A DNA stretch of 64,000 bases from Gemmatimonadota bacterium (GTDB lineage Bacteria; Gemmatimonadota; Gemmatimonadetes; Palauibacterales; Palauibacteraceae), in assembly GCA_022820995.1 (NCBI GenBank), contig JAJEEM010000039.1, positions 20,203 through 84,202 of the forward strand. The letters run 5' to 3'. Shown here one piece after another: positions 27,679 to 38,041 of this stretch. A program made the translations under genes and the position numbers. The notes under the pieces are model-generated. The model saw only the letters and a program-made list of their open reading frames with translations, did no database searches and was not told where the DNA came from. The first letter of the stretch is position 1, and each line of letters begins with the position of its first letter.

Positions 27679-28894
27679 GCGCGGCGTTCCATCCCAGCAG
27701 CGAGAACGCATCGGCGACCTGCTCGTACCCCGTCCGCATGAGGAAGGCGGAGTTCTTGCCGAAGCTCTTGGCGCCCAGAATGAAGAAACCGGGCTCGGGG
27801 TTGCGCAGGGTCTCGGGTTCGAGCGCGTCCTCCCCGATAAGGCAGTCCGCCGGCGCGCCGCCCCGCGGGCCCTGAGCGGCGAGGAGCGCGGCGGAGACCC
27901 CCATGGGGCCGAGGGAGGCGTAGCAGGCGTGCACCTGGAGCTGGCGATACAGGCGGTCTTCGGGCTCGTAGCCGACATTCGCCACGATCCGGTCGAAACG
28001 GTCGCGCCGAACGTTCCCGGCGACCTCCAGTTCAACCTCGAACCCCCGGGAATCGCGCTGTATCACGGAGAGCAGCCGGCTCCGGGAAAGCCACTCGCAA
28101 CCGGGAGGCGGCTCGGCGGCGATCGCGTTGGCGCGGCGCGTGAGCTTCACGCGCTCGGGGAGCGGATCGTCCGGAATCGCGCGCAGCGGGGCGCCGTGCG
28201 CCTCGCGGCTGGCCCAGGTAAACCGCGTCCCCGGGACGGAGCGGGCGAGCGCCGCGAGGGCGCACGCGGTGGTGGCGGCCGAATGTCCGCTTCCGAGGAG
28301 GAGCGTGCGCCGCGCGGCGTAACGCCTGCGCCGGGCGCCGAGCACATCCCGGACGCGGTATTCGATCGCGCGCCGAGCGGAGCGCTCGCCGATGGCGGGC
28401 GTGCCGCCCGGGCCCGCCCAGTTGGGCCGCCCGTAGGTCCCCGAGCAGTCGAACACCGCCCGGGCGAACACCTCGGTCTCGGCGCCACTCTCGTCGACGA
28501 GCAGCCGGAAGGGCTGCTCGGCCCGGGCGGCCTCGCCGAGCGCCTCGCCCTTCAGCCGATCCGCCCGGGCGACGTCGCGCACGCGCGCGCCCTCGCGGAG
28601 ATCCACGCGCGAGCGCAGGGCCGCCGCCAGCGGCAGCAGGAAATGCGTCCGCAACTCCGTGCCGGTGAGCAGCGCCTCCGCCGCCGGCAGGTCGACCCCC
28701 CGGCCGCGCAGCACCTCCAGCCCGGCGGGGCCCGCGTTCCACTCGAACGGGGAGAAGAGCCGCAGCCAGCCCCAGGCGCGGACGTGATCCGCCACCGCCC
28801 CGGCGTCGAACAGGACCGTCGCGAGCCCCGACCGGGCCGCCCGGGCCGCAGCCTCGAGCCCGACCGGTCCGGCTCCGATGATGGCAAGATCCAT
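27644..28894 (-). CDS. FAD/NAD(P)-dependent oxidoreductase (flavin monooxygenase-like)
   Basis: MDLAIIGAGPVG FAD motif, DCSGTY, LLGSGHSA, C-terminal FFILGAKSFG..FLMRTGYEQV. Confidence 0.85.
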   Translation of the reverse strand: MDLAIIGAGPVGLEAAARAARSGLATVLFDAGAVADHVRAWGWLRLFSPFEWNAGPAGLEVLRGRGVDLPAAEALLTGTELRTHFLLPLAAALRSRVDLREGARVRDVARADRLKGEALGEAARAEQPFRLLVDESGAETEVFARAVFDCSGTYGRPNWAGPGGTPAIGERSARRAIEYRVRDVLGARRRRYAARRTLLLGSGHSAATTACALAALARSVPGTRFTWASREAHGAPLRAIPDDPLPERVKLTRRANAIAAEPPPGCEWLSRSRLLSVIQRDSRGFEVELEVAGNVRRDRFDRIVANVGYEPEDRLYRQLQVHACYASLGPMGVSAALLAAQGPRGGAPADCLIGEDALEPETLRNPEPGFFILGAKSFGKNSAFLMRTGYEQVADAFSLLGWNAARADRGTPTGAR

Positions 28895-28989
28895 CGCTCG
28901 CACGCGCGCTGGCTCCAGATCGTCGTGGTTTACGGGCGTCTCGACCGCCCGGCCTTCCCGCTGATTCAGTGGCAACCTACTCTCAGGCG

Positions 28990-29754
28990 ATGACGGATCG
29001 CGAGAACCCGAAGCGGGCGAGCGCATCGCCTCCGGACTGGGCCCCGGGCCCCATTACGCGGCGGCTGACGCCGGTCACCCGCTGGATCATCACGAACCTC
29101 GTGGCTCCGCCCTGCGTCTTCCTTCTCTTCGGTCTCCTCAACCGGACGCGGGTCTACGGGCGGCGGCGCGTTCCCCACGCTCCGAACACGCTCGTCCTCT
29201 CGAACCACCAGTCGATGATCGACTCGTTTCCGATCGCCTACCACCTGTTCTTTCCGGAAAAGATGTTCAGGCCCGAACTCGCGCCCTGGAATGCGGCCGC
29301 GGCCGAGAACTTCTTCAAGAACCCGTTCCTTGCCTGGGTGTTCCACCAGTTCCAGTGCATTCCGGTGCGGCGCGGGCGCCGCGACCTGAGCGCGATGATC
29401 CGCTCGGCCGGCGTGCTTCGAGCGGGGATACTCACGTTCTTCCCGGAGGGCACGCGGTCGCGGGACGGACAGGTCGGACGCGGGCGGGCCGGCGCGGGCA
29501 TGGTCATCCTCCAGACCCGCCCGCAGGTGGTTCCGGTCACGCTGGAAGGGCTGGATCGCGTCCTTCCCATAGGCTCCCGCCTGCCGAGGATCGGGCAGCG
29601 GGTCTCCATCTACGTGGGCCGGCCCGTGCCGTACGACGACCTCGCCGCCGAGGCCCGCTCGCGAAAGAACGCCCAGCGGATCGTCGATCGGGTGATGGAA
29701 CGGATCGCCTTTCAGCAACGCGTTCTCCGGCGCCTGCACCGCCGTCGCGGGTAG
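28990..29754 (+). CDS. plsC: 1-acyl-sn-glycerol-3-phosphate acyltransferase family
   Basis: NHQSxxD, IPVRR, FFPEGTRS motifs. Confidence 0.85.
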   Translation: MTDRENPKRASASPPDWAPGPITRRLTPVTRWIITNLVAPPCVFLLFGLLNRTRVYGRRRVPHAPNTLVLSNHQSMIDSFPIAYHLFFPEKMFRPELAPWNAAAAENFFKNPFLAWVFHQFQCIPVRRGRRDLSAMIRSAGVLRAGILTFFPEGTRSRDGQVGRGRAGAGMVILQTRPQVVPVTLEGLDRVLPIGSRLPRIGQRVSIYVGRPVPYDDLAAEARSRKNAQRIVDRVMERIAFQQRVLRRLHRRRG

Positions 29755-29792
29755 CGGCCCGGGGCGGGGCTCCCGCCGCGTTCCGGCGGCGC

Positions 29793-29821
29793 TGGACATT
29801 CGCGGTCGAATCCGACATTCT
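29793..29821 (+). promoter_or_regulatory. Candidate sigma70-type promoter for a leaderless transcript
   Basis: TGGACA-17 bp-CATTCT, 6 bp before ATG 29828. Confidence 0.45.
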
Positions 29822-29827
29822 TCCCAC

Positions 29828-29965
29828 ATGACCATCACAGTGTACTACGTCCTCGTGACGATTCTGCTCGGACTGCTCGTGGGCCTTCTCATGGGCGGCG
29901 GTTTCGCGTTAGCATGCCGGCTCCCCGGAACCGATGCGCCTGACCGGGAGGTCCCGCCGGGCTGA
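29828..29965 (+). CDS. Small hydrophobic protein (45 aa), absent from the ORF track
   Basis: MTITVYYVLVTILLGLLVGLLMGGGFALACRLPGTDAPDREVPPG, one clear TM helix. Confidence 0.5.
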   Translation: MTITVYYVLVTILLGLLVGLLMGGGFALACRLPGTDAPDREVPPG

Positions 29966-30070
29966 CCGGATCAGACCGCATTCGCCGATCCCTCCGACCG
30001 CGAACCTTCTTCCCGATTTTGTGATCGTACGCTATCTTTCTTGGCTGCGTTCCTGCCGCCAGAGGTACAA

Positions 30071-30322
30071 ATGACAAAGACCTTCCAGGATGACGACGGG
30101 CGCCGGTGGAAAGCATGGCTCGCTTCGCGCGAGGTCTTCTGGCCGGACCCGAACGAAAAGGCGCCGCCCGACGATTTCGAGGCGGTCGTGTTCGTCTGTT
30201 TCTCCGATCCGTACCAGAGCCAGCGACGGCTTCGGCTTCCGCAAGGTTCGTTCGAACAACTCAGTCTCGATGATCTCAAAATGCACTTCAAGCAGGCGAA
30301 ACTCGATCCCGCCATCCGCTAG
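30071..30322 (+). CDS. Small soluble hypothetical protein (83 aa)
   Basis: GAGGT RBS; ordered composition KTFQDDDGRRWKAW..VVFVCF..QRRLRLP..LSLDDL. Confidence 0.75.
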   Translation: MTKTFQDDDGRRWKAWLASREVFWPDPNEKAPPDDFEAVVFVCFSDPYQSQRRLRLPQGSFEQLSLDDLKMHFKQAKLDPAIR

Positions 30323-30382
30323 AACAGACACTCGCCGTCCGCGGGGAAGCTCCCGCGCCATACCGAAAGGCCTTGTGACAGA

Positions 30383-31507
<1,125 letters not shown>

Positions 31508-31566
31508 GCCGAAGTCGCGGGAGGGGCCGGGGCCCGCCGCGTCCGGCGCCGGCCATCATGCCAACG

Positions 31567-31615
31567 GAAGCGGGCCGCAGGCCTCAAGGGGGCTGCCGAG
31601 CCCGCTTCTTTCGTT
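31567..31615 (+). terminator. Intrinsic terminator after citrate synthase
   Basis: GAAGCGGGC / GCCCGCTTC 9-bp stem with inner pairs, followed by TTTCGTT. Confidence 0.6.
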
Positions 31616-31651
31616 GAGACCAGGGTCGAGAACGGAGTCGAGACAAGGAAG

Positions 31652-33103
31652 GTGTCGGTGGAGATACGCTCGGGGATACCTGTCGAACGGGAACTGGATG
31701 CCCTCGTCATCCCGTGGTTCGATGACGCGGCGGCGACGGACGAGTGGTGGGAAAGCGCGGCGACGGCGTGGCTGGAGAGCCGTGGGGGCTCCGGGGAGGC
31801 GTCGGGCTGGGTGCGGCTTGGAGCCGTCGACGCCCCCGATGTCTTCGTCGTTCGCCTCGACGCCGGAGCGCGGCGGATGGAGGAGTCGTGCCGGCGGGCG
31901 GCGGGGGCCGGGGTCCGGGCGGCTCGCGAACGGGGCCTCGCGTCGGTCGGGTTCCGCGTGCCGGAGACGGCGGACGGGGCGGCGTGGCAGGCGTCCGCCG
32001 AAGGGCTCACCCTCGGGGACTGGCGTTACGACGGACTCCGCGACACGGAGGGCCGCGCCGCCGCCCCGGAAGAGCGGGTTCTCATCGCGGGGGGCGAGGC
32101 CGGCCGCGCGGCCGAAGCCGCGGTGCGGCGGGGCTGCGCGCTCGCCGAGGCGCAGAACGCCGCGCGCGAACTCGTGACGCTGCCGGGCAACGTGGCGACG
32201 CCGCGCTACCTCGCCGCGGAGGCGGAGCGGCTGGCGGCGGAACACGGCTTCCGCGTCCAGGTGCGCGACCGGGATCGGCTGGAGGAGGAAGGGTTCGGGG
32301 GACTCCTCACCGTGGCCCGCGGGTCCGTCGAGGAGCCGCGCTTCATCGAGATGGAGCACGAGGGGTCGGGCGGAGACCCCGTCGTCGTCGTCGGCAAGGG
32401 CGTGACCTTCGATGCCGGAGGGATTTCGCTCAAGCCCGCCTCGGGCATGGAGGACATGAAGTATGACATGGCGGGCGCGGCGGCCGTGTTCGGGGTCATG
32501 ATCGCGGCGGCGCGCCTCGACATCCCGCAGCGCGTGATCGGCCTCGTGCCCGCGACCGAGAATCTCCCGGCGGGAGATGCCGTGAAGCCGGGGGACGTGA
32601 TCCGCGGACTGTCGGGCAAGTCGATCGAGGTTATCAACACGGATGCGGAGGGCCGCCTCATCCTGTCGGACGCGCTGACCTACGCGCAGCGGCTCGCCCC
32701 GGTGGCGATCGTCGACATGGCCACGCTGACCGGAGCCTGCGTCGTCGCCCTCGGCCATCACGCGGTGGCCGTGCTCGCGAACGACCGGGGCATCGCCGAC
32801 GAGCTGTCGGAGGCCGGCGAAGCGACCGGGGAACGGACGTGGCCTCTGCCGCTGTGGAAGGCGTATCGGACCCAGCTCGACTCCGATATCGCGGACATCA
32901 AGAACATCGGCGGCCGGGGCGCCGGCACGATCACCGCCGGCTGGTTCCTGCGGGAGTTCGTGTCGGACGACGTGCCGTGGGCGCACCTCGACATCGCGGG
33001 CACGGCCTGGGCGAAGGAGGCGCGCGGCTGGCAGCCGAAGGGAGCCACCGGGGTCGGGGTCCGGCTCGTCCATGAATGGCTGCGCGTCCGCGAGCGAGGG
33101 TGA
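31652..33103 (+). CDS. pepA: Leucyl aminopeptidase (M17)
   Basis: GKGVTFDAGG, MKYDMAG, NTDAEGRL, WAHLDIAG. Confidence 0.95.
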   Translation: MSVEIRSGIPVERELDALVIPWFDDAAATDEWWESAATAWLESRGGSGEASGWVRLGAVDAPDVFVVRLDAGARRMEESCRRAAGAGVRAARERGLASVGFRVPETADGAAWQASAEGLTLGDWRYDGLRDTEGRAAAPEERVLIAGGEAGRAAEAAVRRGCALAEAQNAARELVTLPGNVATPRYLAAEAERLAAEHGFRVQVRDRDRLEEEGFGGLLTVARGSVEEPRFIEMEHEGSGGDPVVVVGKGVTFDAGGISLKPASGMEDMKYDMAGAAAVFGVMIAAARLDIPQRVIGLVPATENLPAGDAVKPGDVIRGLSGKSIEVINTDAEGRLILSDALTYAQRLAPVAIVDMATLTGACVVALGHHAVAVLANDRGIADELSEAGEATGERTWPLPLWKAYRTQLDSDIADIKNIGGRGAGTITAGWFLREFVSDDVPWAHLDIAGTAWAKEARGWQPKGATGVGVRLVHEWLRVRERG

Positions 33104-34947
33104 CGAAGATCTTCGCCGCGGGGTTTCGCCACGGGCGGCCCGGCGCGCTGCTGCTCGCGGTCGCGGGCGTCTCCGCGGCGCATGCCCAGGAGCCGCCGAT
33201 CACGGACAGCCTGGAAGTCGTGCCCGACTCGGTCCTCGCCGCCTTCGCCGACAGCGCGCCGCCACGGGCCCAGAGCTTCCCCGGGCGGCTGTCGGGGCTG
33301 CGCGGCCCGACGCACGAGATCTTCGACTGCGACCGGGAGTGCGTGCACGCGTCGCCCTCCTTCACCCTCCTCGAACTCCTCCTCGAGCACGTTCCGGGAA
33401 TCACGGGGGTGCGCGGCGAGTTCTTCCAGGGGCCCCACCACGTTTTCGACGGCGGCTTCGGGCCGGGGTTCGCGGCCCTCTACGTCGACGGCCGCGAAGT
33501 CCTCGGCCTCTCCCGAGCGCAGACGGACCTCCGGCGCGTGTCGCTGAACTACGTCGATCGGGTGCGCGTGTATCGCGGCGCGGACGGCCTCGTCATCGAC
33601 GTGGACCTCATCCGCCACGACGGGGTGCAGGCCTACTCCCGCGTGAGCGGGCTGACCGGAGACCCGCGTTCCGAGATCCTCGACGCCGTCTTCGCCAACT
33701 CGCTGGGCGGCGCGTCGAACGTCGAAGCGTCCTTCGAGCGGTACGATGTCCAGGATCGCCAGAACAACCAGGACCGGTTCGCCGTACAGGGCCGCTTCTC
33801 GTGGATGCCGCGCTCGAACGACCTCGGGGTGCAGTTCGAGTATCGCAACGAGACCATCGAGCGCACCGGGCTCGACACGCTGAATTTCTCGCGCAGGGAG
33901 TTCGTGCTCCGGACGCGCGCGAACCTCGGGGAAAGGGCCCAGCTCGAAGCCTACGGGCAGGCCACGAGCTTCACGGACGTCGTCGCCAACCTCCCGGACA
34001 GCATTTCGCCGCCGCAGCGCGGCGCCGATGGCGTCGGCGTGCGGTTCTCGGCGCGACCCGGGTCGGGCGGGGTCTCCGTGGGCCTCCGTTTCGCCGGGCG
34101 CGACCCCTACGCATCGCGCCTCGCGGACCTCTCGGCCTGGCAGCCCATCGGCCCCTTCGCGCTCGAGGGAGGGGCGGAACTCGCGAGCTGGAACGAGTTT
34201 CCGACGAAGTCCTGGCGGGCGGGGGCGGCCTTCCGGGAGACGCTCCTCTTTCCGATCGAGCTGAGGGCGTTCACCGCGAAGGGAACGCGGGGCATCGGCT
34301 TCCCCCAGCACCCCGCGCTGGACACTCTCGACACCCCGGACTTCCTCCCTGCGGACAGCGTGCGGTTCGATTCGCGCGGCGCGGCGGCGGCAGTCGCCAT
34401 CGGGCCGTTCAACCTCTCCGGCCGCTACTCGGAGCAATGGATGGACCGGCAGGTCGGCTTCGGCGCTCCGTTCGACCGCCTCGTCGTCGCGGACTCGGGG
34501 GAGGTGGACATCACCTCGCTGGAAGTACGCTTCGACGGTCCCGTCGTGCCCCTCGGCGTGCTGCTGCGGGGAGTGGAGCCGATCCGCCTGCGCGCCTCGT
34601 GGCGGAAGTTCGATTCGCGCGGCGCCGAGACGCTCTTCCTGCCCGAACGCCTGTTCCGCACGGAACTGTACCTGTCCGACACCTTCTTCGACGAGAGCCT
34701 GCGCATCTGGCTGTCGGTGTTCGTCGATCGCCGCGGGGCGCGGCTGGTCCCCGTCCCGGGTTCGCCCGATCCGGCGATGCTGGAGGCCGACAGCTGGCTG
34801 GGCGGACACCTGATGTTCAAGATTGCCGACTTTCGGTTCTTCTGGCGGTTCGGCAACCTGGGTGCGGACCGGCTCGGAGATTTTCAGGGCGCGAACTTTC
34901 CCCGGCAGCTCAACGTGTTCGGTCTGCGCTGGGAGTTCTTCAATTGA
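33100..34947 (+). CDS. Putative outer-membrane beta-barrel protein with degenerate TonB-receptor plug-like N-terminus
   Basis: GTGA overlap with pepA; signal peptide; plug-like LLEHVPGI..LYVDG..VDRVRVYRG; alternating beta patterns; ends FGLRWEFFN. Confidence 0.7.
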   Translation: MTKIFAAGFRHGRPGALLLAVAGVSAAHAQEPPITDSLEVVPDSVLAAFADSAPPRAQSFPGRLSGLRGPTHEIFDCDRECVHASPSFTLLELLLEHVPGITGVRGEFFQGPHHVFDGGFGPGFAALYVDGREVLGLSRAQTDLRRVSLNYVDRVRVYRGADGLVIDVDLIRHDGVQAYSRVSGLTGDPRSEILDAVFANSLGGASNVEASFERYDVQDRQNNQDRFAVQGRFSWMPRSNDLGVQFEYRNETIERTGLDTLNFSRREFVLRTRANLGERAQLEAYGQATSFTDVVANLPDSISPPQRGADGVGVRFSARPGSGGVSVGLRFAGRDPYASRLADLSAWQPIGPFALEGGAELASWNEFPTKSWRAGAAFRETLLFPIELRAFTAKGTRGIGFPQHPALDTLDTPDFLPADSVRFDSRGAAAAVAIGPFNLSGRYSEQWMDRQVGFGAPFDRLVVADSGEVDITSLEVRFDGPVVPLGVLLRGVEPIRLRASWRKFDSRGAETLFLPERLFRTELYLSDTFFDESLRIWLSVFVDRRGARLVPVPGSPDPAMLEADSWLGGHLMFKIADFRFFWRFGNLGADRLGDFQGANFPRQLNVFGLRWEFFN

Positions 34948-34978
34948 TCGGCCGGGCGCCGCGCCGGGAGACGTCGAA

Positions 34979-35860
34979 GTGATTCGCAGCATGACCGGCT
35001 ACGGGTCCGCGACCGTGACGCGGGAGGGCGGCACGGTCACGGTCGAGGCGCGCTCGGTGAATTCCCGGGGGCTGAAGGTCGTGGTGAAGGCGCCCCCCGG
35101 GCGCGAGGGATGGGAAAGCGGGCTTCGCGCCCTCGCGGAATCCCGGGCCCGCCGCGGCCGTCTGGATCTCTTCGTCCGCGTGGAGGGCGCGTCCGACGCG
35201 GGAGGCGCGAGCCTGGACGAGACACGCGTGCGGGAAGTGCTCGACGCGTGTGCACGGCTTCGGGATGACTTCGGGGTTTCCGGCGAGCCGGACATCGCTT
35301 CGCTGCTTCGCGTGGGCGGCATCTTCCGAAAGGCGGGGGTCGACGGCGCGGAGTTCGTCCCCGAGACGGAAGATGTGAAGCGGGCGGCGGCCGAGGCGCT
35401 CGAGCTCCTGGTGGAGATGCGGGACCGGGAGGGGGCCCGGCTCGAGGTCGACCTCCGGGGACGGCTGGCGGGGATCCGCGACGCCGTCGATGGCGCGGAG
35501 GCGCTGGCGCCGGAGCGGCTCGAACGAGAGCGGCGCCGGCTTCGCGACGCGGTCGCGGACCTCGCCGGGAAGGGCTTGGATGAGGATCGGCTGACGCGCG
35601 AGATCGCGCTCATCGCGGATCGCTGGGAGATCAGCGAGGAACTCGTGCGTGCCCGCTCGCACGTCGAAGCCTTCGCGGAGTTCCTCGAAGCCCCCGTCGA
35701 CGAACCCGTGGGGCGGCGCCTCGGCTTTCTCGTTCAGGAGCTGCAGCGCGAGGTCAACACGCTGGGCGCAAAGGCGAACGACTCCCGAATATCGAGACTC
35801 GTAGTGGAAGCGAAGAACGAGATCGAGAGGCTCCGGGAGCAGGTGGAAAACGTCGAGTGA
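34979..35860 (+). CDS. yicC: YicC/YloC family endoribonuclease
   Basis: IRSMTGYG, RSVNSRGL, GRRLGFLVQELQREVNTLGAK, IERLREQVENVE. Confidence 0.93.
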   Translation: MIRSMTGYGSATVTREGGTVTVEARSVNSRGLKVVVKAPPGREGWESGLRALAESRARRGRLDLFVRVEGASDAGGASLDETRVREVLDACARLRDDFGVSGEPDIASLLRVGGIFRKAGVDGAEFVPETEDVKRAAAEALELLVEMRDREGARLEVDLRGRLAGIRDAVDGAEALAPERLERERRRLRDAVADLAGKGLDEDRLTREIALIADRWEISEELVRARSHVEAFAEFLEAPVDEPVGRRLGFLVQELQREVNTLGAKANDSRISRLVVEAKNEIERLREQVENVE

Positions 35861-36513
35861 GCCGCGACGAGGCCGGGTCGCGTGCCCTCTTTCCCGTCAT
35901 CCTCTCCGGACCCTCCGGGGCCGGGAAGACGACGATCCGTGATCGACTGCTCGCCGAGGCCGGTTCCCCCGGATTCCATTTCTCCGTCTCGATGACGACG
36001 CGCGAGCCGCGGACGGGGGAGCGGGATGGCGTGGACTACCGGTTCGTCCCGCGAAGCCGGTTCGAGGCGCTGGTGGACTCCGGGGCGATGCTCGAATACG
36101 CGACCGTCCACGGCGAGCGCTACGGGACGCCGCGCGACAACCTCGACCGGGCGCGGGAAGCGGGCGCGCACCTCCTGCTCGATATCGACGTGCAGGGGGC
36201 GCGGCAGGTGTGGGGGGCCGTCGCGGAGGTCCTCTCGATCTTCGTCGTCCCGCCCAGCGCGGAGCGGATCGCGCGGCAGCTGAAGGGCCGGGGCAGCGAA
36301 AGCCCGGAGCAGCTTCGCCGCCGGCTCACCAACGCCCGATCGGAGCTGGAGGCCGCGGCGGAGTTCGATCGGCTCGTCGTCAACGACCGGATCGAGGACG
36401 CGGTCGCGGAGGTATCCGCGCTCGTGGCGAAGGGACTCGTGCCCGCCGGCCGCCTCGGAGCGGCGGAGCGGCAATGCGTGAAGCGCATCATCGGGGAGTT
36501 GGATGCCGTTTGA
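35857..36513 (+). CDS. gmk: Guanylate kinase
   Basis: GPSGAGKT, SMTTREPR.GE.DGVDY, YGTPR. Confidence 0.95.
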   Translation: MSRDEAGSRALFPVILSGPSGAGKTTIRDRLLAEAGSPGFHFSVSMTTREPRTGERDGVDYRFVPRSRFEALVDSGAMLEYATVHGERYGTPRDNLDRAREAGAHLLLDIDVQGARQVWGAVAEVLSIFVVPPSAERIARQLKGRGSESPEQLRRRLTNARSELEAAAEFDRLVVNDRIEDAVAEVSALVAKGLVPAGRLGAAERQCVKRIIGELDAV

Positions 36514-36528
36514 CGCATGTGGTAGATT
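36499..36528 (+). promoter_or_regulatory. Candidate internal promoter for rpoZ
   Basis: TTGGAT-18 bp-TAGATT with an extended -10 TG. Confidence 0.4.
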
Positions 36529-36585
36529 CCTCGGCGGGCGCGGTCCGGCGAGGGACCGCGGCACGGAATGAAAGGGAGAGATGGA

Positions 36586-36807
36586 ATGAAGGTGTTTACG
36601 CCGGACGCCGTGGCGAAGGCGGCGACCAACAAGTACCTGGGCGTGCTCGTCGCCGCGAAGTATGCGCGCGAACTCAACGCCCTCCCGCTCGAGCGCTCGC
36701 CGTACGGCGCGGAGAAGCTGACGACGGTCGCGGCGGACGCGCTGACCTCGGAGGAAAAGAAGCTCCAATACCGGCTGGTTCGGGCGCGCCCCACCCTCAT
36801 GCCCTAG
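36586..36807 (+). CDS. rpoZ: RNA polymerase omega subunit
   Basis: NKYLGVLVAAKYARELN motif; canonical gmk-rpoZ-coaBC synteny. Confidence 0.88.
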   Translation: MKVFTPDAVAKAATNKYLGVLVAAKYARELNALPLERSPYGAEKLTTVAADALTSEEKKLQYRLVRARPTLMP

Positions 36808-36823
36808 TCGGCCGGGCACTTCC

Positions 36824-38041
36824 GTGCGGCCCTTTGACGGTCGTCGCGTACTGCTCGTCGTATCCGGCGGGATCGCCGCGTACAAGAGCGCGATCCTCAC
36901 CCGCCGCCTGATCGAGGCCGGGGCCGGGATCGAGGTCATCCTGACCGCCGCGGCCGAGCGCTTCATCGGACGCGTCACCTTCGAGGGGATCACGTGCCGG
37001 CCCGTACACGCGTCCCTGTGGGACCGGCCCATGGCGCACCTGGACCTCGGGCTCGAAGCCGATGTCGTCGTCGTGGCGCCCGCGACGGCCAACCTGATCT
37101 CCAGGCTCGCGGCCGGCGCGGCGGACGACCTCGCGACGACCGCCGTGCTCGCCTCGCGGGCGCCCGTGATCATCTGCCCCGCGATGAACACGCGGATGTG
37201 GGAGCATCCGATCACCCGGGCGAACGTCGCGCGTCTCGTCGACGTGGGCTACGGGATCGCCGGTCCCGCCGCCGGCCCGCTCGCGGAGGGGGAGAGCGGG
37301 CCCGGACGGCTCCTGGAGCCGGAGGAGATCCTGCCGCGCATCGGGCGGGCGCTCGAGGCGGCCACCGGCCTGCGCGGCCGGAAGGTCGTCGCGACGGCGG
37401 GGCCGACGAGAGCCGCGCTGGATCCCGTCCGCTTCATCTCGAACCGCTCCTCCGGCCGCATGGGCTTCGCGCTCGCCGAGGCCGCCTGGCGGCGCGGCGC
37501 CGACGTCACGCTCATCAGCGGGCCCGGCCCGCTGCCGCGGCCCTCGGGGCCCGACGTGGTGGAGGTCGAGACCGCCGGGGAGATGCTGGCCGTTTTGGAG
37601 ACCGCGTTGACCGATGCGGACATCCTCCTGATGGCCGCGGCCGTCGGCGACTTCGAGCCGGCCCGCGCGGCGGACTCGAAGATCAAGAAGGGCGACGCGG
37701 CGGAGAAGGAGTTCGAACTCACGCTCCGGGCGGGCCCGGACCTGCTGCTCGAGACGCGGGCTTTCCGCGAACGGAAGGGAATCTTTACTCTGGGTTTCGC
37801 GCTCGAGACGGAGGACCTCCTGGCCCGCGGACGAGAGAAGCTCGAGCGGAAGGGCATGCACCTCGTTGCGGTGAACTCGGCCGTGGAGCCCGGCGCGGGA
37901 TTCGAGTCCGAGACGAACCGCATCACGTTGATCGACCGGAGCGGCAGGGTCGAGGAGTTGCCTTTGGCGAAGAAGACGGAGTTGGCGGACGCACTGCTCG
38001 ACCGGGTCGAGGCCTCGATCCCGGCGGTCGCGGAGAGTTGA
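36824..38041 (+). CDS. coaBC: Bifunctional phosphopantothenoylcysteine decarboxylase/ligase
   Basis: SGGIAAYK, APATAN, PAMNTRMW, DPVRFISNRSSGRMG, GFALET. Confidence 0.96.
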   Translation: MRPFDGRRVLLVVSGGIAAYKSAILTRRLIEAGAGIEVILTAAAERFIGRVTFEGITCRPVHASLWDRPMAHLDLGLEADVVVVAPATANLISRLAAGAADDLATTAVLASRAPVIICPAMNTRMWEHPITRANVARLVDVGYGIAGPAAGPLAEGESGPGRLLEPEEILPRIGRALEAATGLRGRKVVATAGPTRAALDPVRFISNRSSGRMGFALAEAAWRRGADVTLISGPGPLPRPSGPDVVEVETAGEMLAVLETALTDADILLMAAAVGDFEPARAADSKIKKGDAAEKEFELTLRAGPDLLLETRAFRERKGIFTLGFALETEDLLARGREKLERKGMHLVAVNSAVEPGAGFESETNRITLIDRSGRVEELPLAKKTELADALLDRVEASIPAVAES

